Below are positions 61,103-64,000 of a stretch of DNA of 64,000 nt, piece after piece. The notes below the pieces were generated by a model, which saw only the letters and a list, made by a program, of their open reading frames with translations, was not told where the DNA came from and did not search any database. Position numbers and translations under genes: made by a program. Source of the stretch: Candidatus Hydrogenedentota bacterium (GTDB taxonomy: Bacteria; Hydrogenedentota; Hydrogenedentia; Hydrogenedentales; SLHB01); assembly GCA_963674865.2 (NCBI GenBank), contig CAXXYE010000009.1:96001-160000 (forward strand), given 5' to 3'. Every line of letters begins with the position of its first letter. The stretch's first letter is position 1.

Positions 61103-62656
61103 ATGCCAGAAAAAGGGAAAAGCAGGAAGAAACGGGCAATTCACCCGGAAATCGAGCACGAAGAACCAAAGAGCGGTTTTGCCGCCCTGGGCGACAGCAT
61201 CAAGGAGAATCCCGTTGTCTACATCGTTGGCGGTGCCTTCATAGTCCTGTGCGCCCTGGCGGGTCTTCTCTACAACGTGGGAGTCGCCGGGAAGGAAGAA
61301 GCGGTCGCGGCGCAACTCGCCGAGGCGCTGAAAACCGAGGACCCCGCCCTCAGGGCTGCTGAGTTGGAGCGGATGGCCGACGACGCGGGAAGCCTTACGC
61401 CGGACGTGCTGTACCTCTGGGGCGAGACCGCCTTCGACGCGGAGGATTTCGGCAAAGCGCGCGCAGCCTTCGAGCGCCTTCGGACGGAGTATCCCGAGTC
61501 CACGCACACCCCGGACGCGGTGGAAGGGCTGGGCTTCATCGCCGAGAACGAGGAGAACTACCAGCAGGCCCTGGCCACCTATAAAGAGGTGATCGAGAAA
61601 TGGCCCGGGTCGTTCGCAGGACGGCGGCAAGAACTCAATATCGGACGCTGCGAGGAACGCCTAGGCAACCTGGAGGAAGCGATCAACTCGTATCAATCGC
61701 AGATGGTCGTGTTTCCCGGTTCCCACGTCGCCGCGTCGGCGGAGACGGCTCTGAGCCGCTTGGAGCAAGCCCATCCGGAGTTGTTCGCCGCCGCCGCATC
61801 CGAGGCTGCGGAGGGCGATGAACCGGCCGCAACAGGCTCGGAAGAGGCCGATCAGGCAGCGGCGCCGGCAGATGACGCATCCGCCGACACGGCCGCGACG
61901 ACGGAGAAGGGAAATATGGCTGGAGGTCTGCCGGCTCCCAACCAGGGGGGCGTATACGTGGTTGCGCATCGGGGAGCCCACGAAGGGATCCCGGAGAACT
62001 CCCTAGCGGCCTACGAGAAAGCAATCGAACTGGGCGCGGATTTCGTCGAGGTCGACGTTCGCATCACCAAGGACGGCGACTTCGTGTCCATGCATAACGA
62101 CACCGTGGACAAGTACGTGACGGACGGCGCCACGGGTGACGTGGCCGACCTCACGCTTGAAGAACTGCGCGCCCTGGATATTGGAAGCCGCGTCGGGCCG
62201 GAATGGGCGGGCACGCGCGTGCCCACTTTTGACGAGATTTTGGACGTCTGCAAAGACAAAATCGGCATCTACCTCGATCTGAAGCAGGCGCCCGTGGCGC
62301 CGCTGGTCGAAAAACTCAAGGCCCGCGGCATGGAGCGACGCGTTGTCTGGTACGCCGGGGCACACGAACTCGCGGAATTGCAGGACCTCTGCCCCGAGTG
62401 CGTGGGAATGCCAGACTGCGACGAGGCGAATCTTCCGCAGGTGTTGGAGCAGAAGCCGCGCGTTGTAGCCCCGGTTTGGCGCCGCCTGTCGCAGTCCTAC
62501 GTCGAGAAATGCCACGAAGCCGGCGCCATCGTCATTGTCGATGAGGACTTCAGCGTGCAGGACACTTCGTGCTGGGAGCAGGCCCTCGCGTGGGGCGTCG
62601 ATGGTATTCAGACGGACCGCCCCGCCGAGTTAATCGAGTTCCTCAAGAGCCGCTAG
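61103..62656 (+). CDS. Membrane-anchored TPR (YfgM/CpoB-like) domain fused to glycerophosphodiester phosphodiesterase
   Basis: TM + TPRs (YPES, WPGS, FPGS), Ala/acidic linker, then AHRG, PENS, EVDV, HND, GIQTDRP. Confidence 0.82.
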   Translation: MPEKGKSRKKRAIHPEIEHEEPKSGFAALGDSIKENPVVYIVGGAFIVLCALAGLLYNVGVAGKEEAVAAQLAEALKTEDPALRAAELERMADDAGSLTPDVLYLWGETAFDAEDFGKARAAFERLRTEYPESTHTPDAVEGLGFIAENEENYQQALATYKEVIEKWPGSFAGRRQELNIGRCEERLGNLEEAINSYQSQMVVFPGSHVAASAETALSRLEQAHPELFAAAASEAAEGDEPAATGSEEADQAAAPADDASADTAATTEKGNMAGGLPAPNQGGVYVVAHRGAHEGIPENSLAAYEKAIELGADFVEVDVRITKDGDFVSMHNDTVDKYVTDGATGDVADLTLEELRALDIGSRVGPEWAGTRVPTFDEILDVCKDKIGIYLDLKQAPVAPLVEKLKARGMERRVVWYAGAHELAELQDLCPECVGMPDCDEANLPQVLEQKPRVVAPVWRRLSQSYVEKCHEAGAIVIVDEDFSVQDTSCWEQALAWGVDGIQTDRPAELIEFLKSR

Positions 62657-62699
62657 CAAGCCGACTAGCCCGCGTCGACAGAGGCGTTTCCGGACCTCC

Positions 62700-63683
62700 T
62701 TAGCCTCGCTCCGGCTTGGCGTCGCGCATCATCAGCGCTGCGATGGCGTCGCGTGGATCCGCCCCTCCGAACAACACCTCGTATACTTGCTGCGTGATGG
62801 GCATGTCGACGCCCCGGCGGGAGGCCAAGGCGTTGGTCGAGCGCGTGGTACGAACGCCCTCGGCAACCATCGGCGTACTGGACGTGATCTCCTCGAGCGA
62901 CTTCCCCTGAGCGATCTGCTCGCCCACCGATCGATTACGCGAGAGCCGGCTCGCACACGTAACAATCAGGTCGCCCATGCCGCTAAGTCCCGAAAACGTA
63001 AGAGGATCCGCACCCATGGCGACCCCAAGCCGGGCCATTTCGGCCAGGCCTCGCGTAATCAGCGCCGCCTTCGCGTTATCACCGAGCCTAAACCCGTCGC
63101 ACACGCCGGCAGCAATGGCCACGACGTTCTTCAAGGCGCCGCCAAGCTCAACGCCGACAACATCCGGGCTGGTATACACGCGGAACGTCGGCACCATGAA
63201 TGCTTGCTGAACGGCATCGCAAGCCGCCGCATCCGTCCCGCCCACGACCACTGTGGCGGGCAGATCCCGCGCTACTTCCTCGGCATGACTGGGGCCGGAC
63301 AGTGCGGCCACCCGTTCCCGGCCGGTGACCTCGTGGATGACCTCCGTCATTCTCAACAGAGTGTCGTTCTCAATGCCTTTGGCCACGCTTACCAGAATAG
63401 CTTCCGGTGAAACCGGCAGCGGGTGCTGCGTCAACACGGCGCGCATGGCATGCGACGGCACGGCCAGCACAACAATCGCCGACTCATCGCTCGGCTCATG
63501 CGAGACCTCGACGGATTCCGGCAGCGACACACCCTCCAGATACAGAGGGCTCTGCCTTGTGCGGCGGAGTTCCTCAAATCCGTCCTCCTCACGGCACCAC
63601 AACCTCACCTCATGCCCGTTGAGGGCCAAGAGACGAGCCAGGGCCAATCCCCAACTACCGCCCCCGACAACCTGACAATGCAT
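62700..63683 (-). CDS. gpsA: NAD(P)H-dependent glycerol-3-phosphate dehydrogenase
   Basis: GGGSWG, KGIE, SGPSHA, LKNVVAIAAG, GDLIVTC, SRN, AEG. Confidence 0.96.
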   Translation of the reverse strand: MHCQVVGGGSWGLALARLLALNGHEVRLWCREEDGFEELRRTRQSPLYLEGVSLPESVEVSHEPSDESAIVVLAVPSHAMRAVLTQHPLPVSPEAILVSVAKGIENDTLLRMTEVIHEVTGRERVAALSGPSHAEEVARDLPATVVVGGTDAAACDAVQQAFMVPTFRVYTSPDVVGVELGGALKNVVAIAAGVCDGFRLGDNAKAALITRGLAEMARLGVAMGADPLTFSGLSGMGDLIVTCASRLSRNRSVGEQIAQGKSLEEITSSTPMVAEGVRTTRSTNALASRRGVDMPITQQVYEVLFGGADPRDAIAALMMRDAKPERG

Positions 63684-63693
63684 CGAGTCACTC

Positions 63694-64000
63694 CTATGAT
63701 TTGGAATCCGATTTGCTCAAATAGACGCTCAGGCGCGGCTCGAAGAACGCCTTGGTGCGCGCGAGGCCGGCCAGCAGTCCGACCCTCGGCGTCCAGTTCA
63801 GGGCCGTCTTGAGACGAGTGTTTGATACCGACACGTCGCCCACGTCCAATCCCACCCAGTCCTTGGGCCAGGCGACATGCGTCACGTGCCCCTTGCCGAC
63901 AACCGCCACAACGGCCTCCGCGAACTCGGCAATCGAGTGCTCGCTGTCACCCGTCGCGAAGTAGACTTCGCCGAGGGTGGCATCGGACGCGGCCGTGCGC
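63694..64000 (-). CDS. C-terminal part of an NAD-dependent epimerase/dehydratase (truncated by window edge)
   Basis: GEVYFATG...SIAEFAEAV...LNWTPRVGLLAGLART extended-SDR C-terminus. Confidence 0.7.
   Translation of the reverse strand, partial: RTAASDATLGEVYFATGDSEHSIAEFAEAVVAVVGKGHVTHVAWPKDWVGLDVGDVSVSNTRLKTALNWTPRVGLLAGLARTKAFFEPRLSVYLSKSDSKS

Noticed and set aside
1..64000. CRISPR arrays, tRNA and rRNA genes
   Set aside because: No regularly spaced direct repeats or recognisable tRNA/rRNA signatures were seen by eye; a covariance-model scan would be needed to fully exclude them

Overview
GC-rich bacterial chromosomal window, densely coding, apparently from a diderm sugar/sulfate-ester degrader (lineage not determinable from sequence alone). 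Housekeeping genes (proC, DivIVA-like, LolA-like, maf, aspC, nadB, gpsA) are interleaved with three sulfatases, a peptide/oligosaccharide ABC operon, GH127 and GH42-like hydrolases, an RND pump, an orphan flagellin and one intact IS30-family element. The main discovery is a minimal graspetide (omega-ester RiPP) locus missed by the ORF track. A 41-aa precursor (19844-19969; leader LFIKEL, KGG, single TTLAIGEE core, CWKGA tail) lies directly upstream of an ATP-grasp ligase (19986-20894). That ligase gene converges on a BlaI / giant BlaR1(M56)-HEAT-repeat sensor pair with a palindromic operator. Other unannotated signals are a 26-aa anionic amphipathic micro-peptide gene with its own promoter, RBS and hairpin (45299-45379), a 133-bp MITE-like or structured element, a dispersed 28-bp repeat (one partial copy beside a truncated pyrE), and a TPR-GDPD fusion. 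No rRNA, tRNA or CRISPR array was seen. Product calls come from recognising motifs by eye, not from database searches.
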